Under the pieces are notes generated by a model. That model was not told where the DNA came from. It worked only from the letters and a program-made list of their open reading frames with translations, and searched no databases. Shown one piece after another: positions 62,650-64,000 of a stretch of 64,000 bases of DNA. The stretch is from assembly GCA_052327205.1 (NCBI GenBank), contig CM126213.1, positions 79,546,001 through 79,610,000 of the forward strand, given 5' to 3'. The position numbers and the translations under genes are program-made. Every line of letters begins with the position of its first letter. Within the stretch, counting starts at the first letter, position 1. This DNA comes from Somniosus microcephalus (Eukaryota).

Positions 62650-62996
62650 ATGCTTTCACCCGGTGCGGAGGGGAGCGGACAGGTCGGAGGACCTCCTCGT
62701 GGGCCTGCTCCTGGGCCTGGCCAAGAAAGCCATTAATTGGTCCAGGCAGCGGGCGGCTGAGGGGGTCGTCCGGCCGGATTGCCTCCCTCTCTTCCGCGGC
62801 CATGTTCGCGGCCGGGTGGCCCTGGAGATGGAGCACGCGGTGTCCGCCGGCGAGCTCGAGCTCTTTCGTGACCAGTGGGCGCCGCGGGGACTGGAGTGCG
62901 TAATCGATTTAAGAGGCCAAATTTTAATTTGATTAATCGGGCTTATTTAAAGGGTTTATTTGTTTAAGGGTTTTTTTTTGGGGTTTATAAAAAAGA
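62650..62996 (+). mobile_element. Tx1/L1-clade LINE extreme 3' fragment
   Basis: GC-rich island encoding DLLVGLLLGLAKKAINWSR...LELFRDQWAPRG (ORF 62663-62932), resembling Tx1 ORF2 C-termini. It is followed by a short T-rich UTR and an A-rich end. Confidence 0.7.
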
Positions 62997-63863
62997 GGAC
63001 AACCCATTCATTGAACATGGGATCTTCCTGCTCCATGGATATCATGTTATTTTCCTGCATAATTGATCCTCTCTAAGTACCCTAATATATTAGGCTAGAA
63101 ATTGATGCACATAATTGACAGAAAAGCTGAGACAACCCTCTCCCCCACACAGTCCTCAGGCAAACTGTAATGTGCACCAAAGACATTCTCAGTAGAGCTG
63201 CCACCTTTTGCAAAGCCTAAATCAGAAGAGGGAGAAGGAAGGGGTGGGACTGGATTACAGTACTAGCATTTTCTCTGGCAATATTGAAAATTCAAACAAA
63301 ATACTAATTATCTTAATAGCTAATTCCTACACAACAAAAGACAGAAGTGAGTGGAAAAATAAGGTTTATTATTTATATTTAGTTTGCAGTTTTGAAATTT
63401 TCAAATAGCCTGCTTAAAAAGGAATGATTGCCTGTTCCAAACTAGATGGTGAGCAATCCCTTTTTGGGAAGAGGAGTCTTCACCAGCACAAAGTCTGCCA
63501 AAATGAGGTAGTGTTATCTTTCTCTGCAGAGGCAGGGGTGTAAGTGTTGGTGGGAAGGCATGAAGCATCTCTCAGGTAGCCTGGCCTGCCAAGCAACCCT
63601 TGGCAGCTCCTCCTCTTCCTCAGAAGATCCCTATTGTCCAACCCACTGGTTCCAATAATGTAAGCTCAGGGCAATAAATAAATAAACAGTGATAACTGCA
63701 ACAAAGGCTCATGGAAGCCTAAGTACCAACAGTAAATAAAAAACAAAAAAGGCCATTTAAAAGGCTTAAACCACTTCTCTGTAAAATCTTCAGACTTGTT
63801 AAAGTCAGGTCTTCTTGAGGCCTCCTTCCTGCTAGGTTTCCATAAGCATGTTGGGGACTTGGG

Positions 63864-64000
63864 GGGGCGATTTTCCCAATGGAGGCGGGTTTAGATTTGG
63901 GCGAGTTCCAAACCCGCCTCCACTGAGAGGTGGGAAAAATTTGCGATTTTCCCCTAATTGGCCAGTTGATTTCAGAGGTGTGGGTGCCCCTTTTGGGACT
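63864..64000 (-). mobile_element. Terminus of another copy of the 50481-54657 Harbinger family (runs off window end)
   Basis: GGGGCGATTTTCCCAATGGAGGCGGGTTT...CCCTAATTGGCCAGTTGATTTCAGAGG is the reverse complement of 54541-54657. Confidence 0.88.

Overview
This is eukaryotic, repeat-dense DNA. The repeat repertoire suggests a cartilaginous fish (inference). I found no convincing host exon, RNA gene, CRISPR array or prokaryotic feature, so the window looks intronic or intergenic and almost everything recognisable is a transposable element. (1) PIF/Harbinger DNA transposons dominate: one apparently coding-intact 4.3-kb element (41175-45493) with a DDE transposase convergent on a 3-exon Myb/SANT gene, one full-length pseudogenised element (50481-54657), two decayed remnants, and at least six TIR/TSD-bounded non-autonomous derivatives. 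(2) There are two complete LTR elements: a Gypsy provirus with two nonsense codons (29380-34387) and a 1.56-kb gag-only element with a tRNA-Trp PBS (15889-17445). (3) Penelope-like elements carry minimal hammerhead ribozyme motifs with a variant core. (4) CR1, L2, RTE and Tx1 LINE fragments, hAT remnants and SINEs are often nested. The most unusual observations are an apparently ORF1-less LINE with a tRNA-like Pol III head whose two ends match local SINEs, the gag-only LTR element, the U3-A8 hammerhead variant, and Harbinger MITEs that keep both inward-facing promoter regions or are packed with hairpins and splice signals. Coordinates were read by eye; boundaries without a TSD are approximate. 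No database searches were run.
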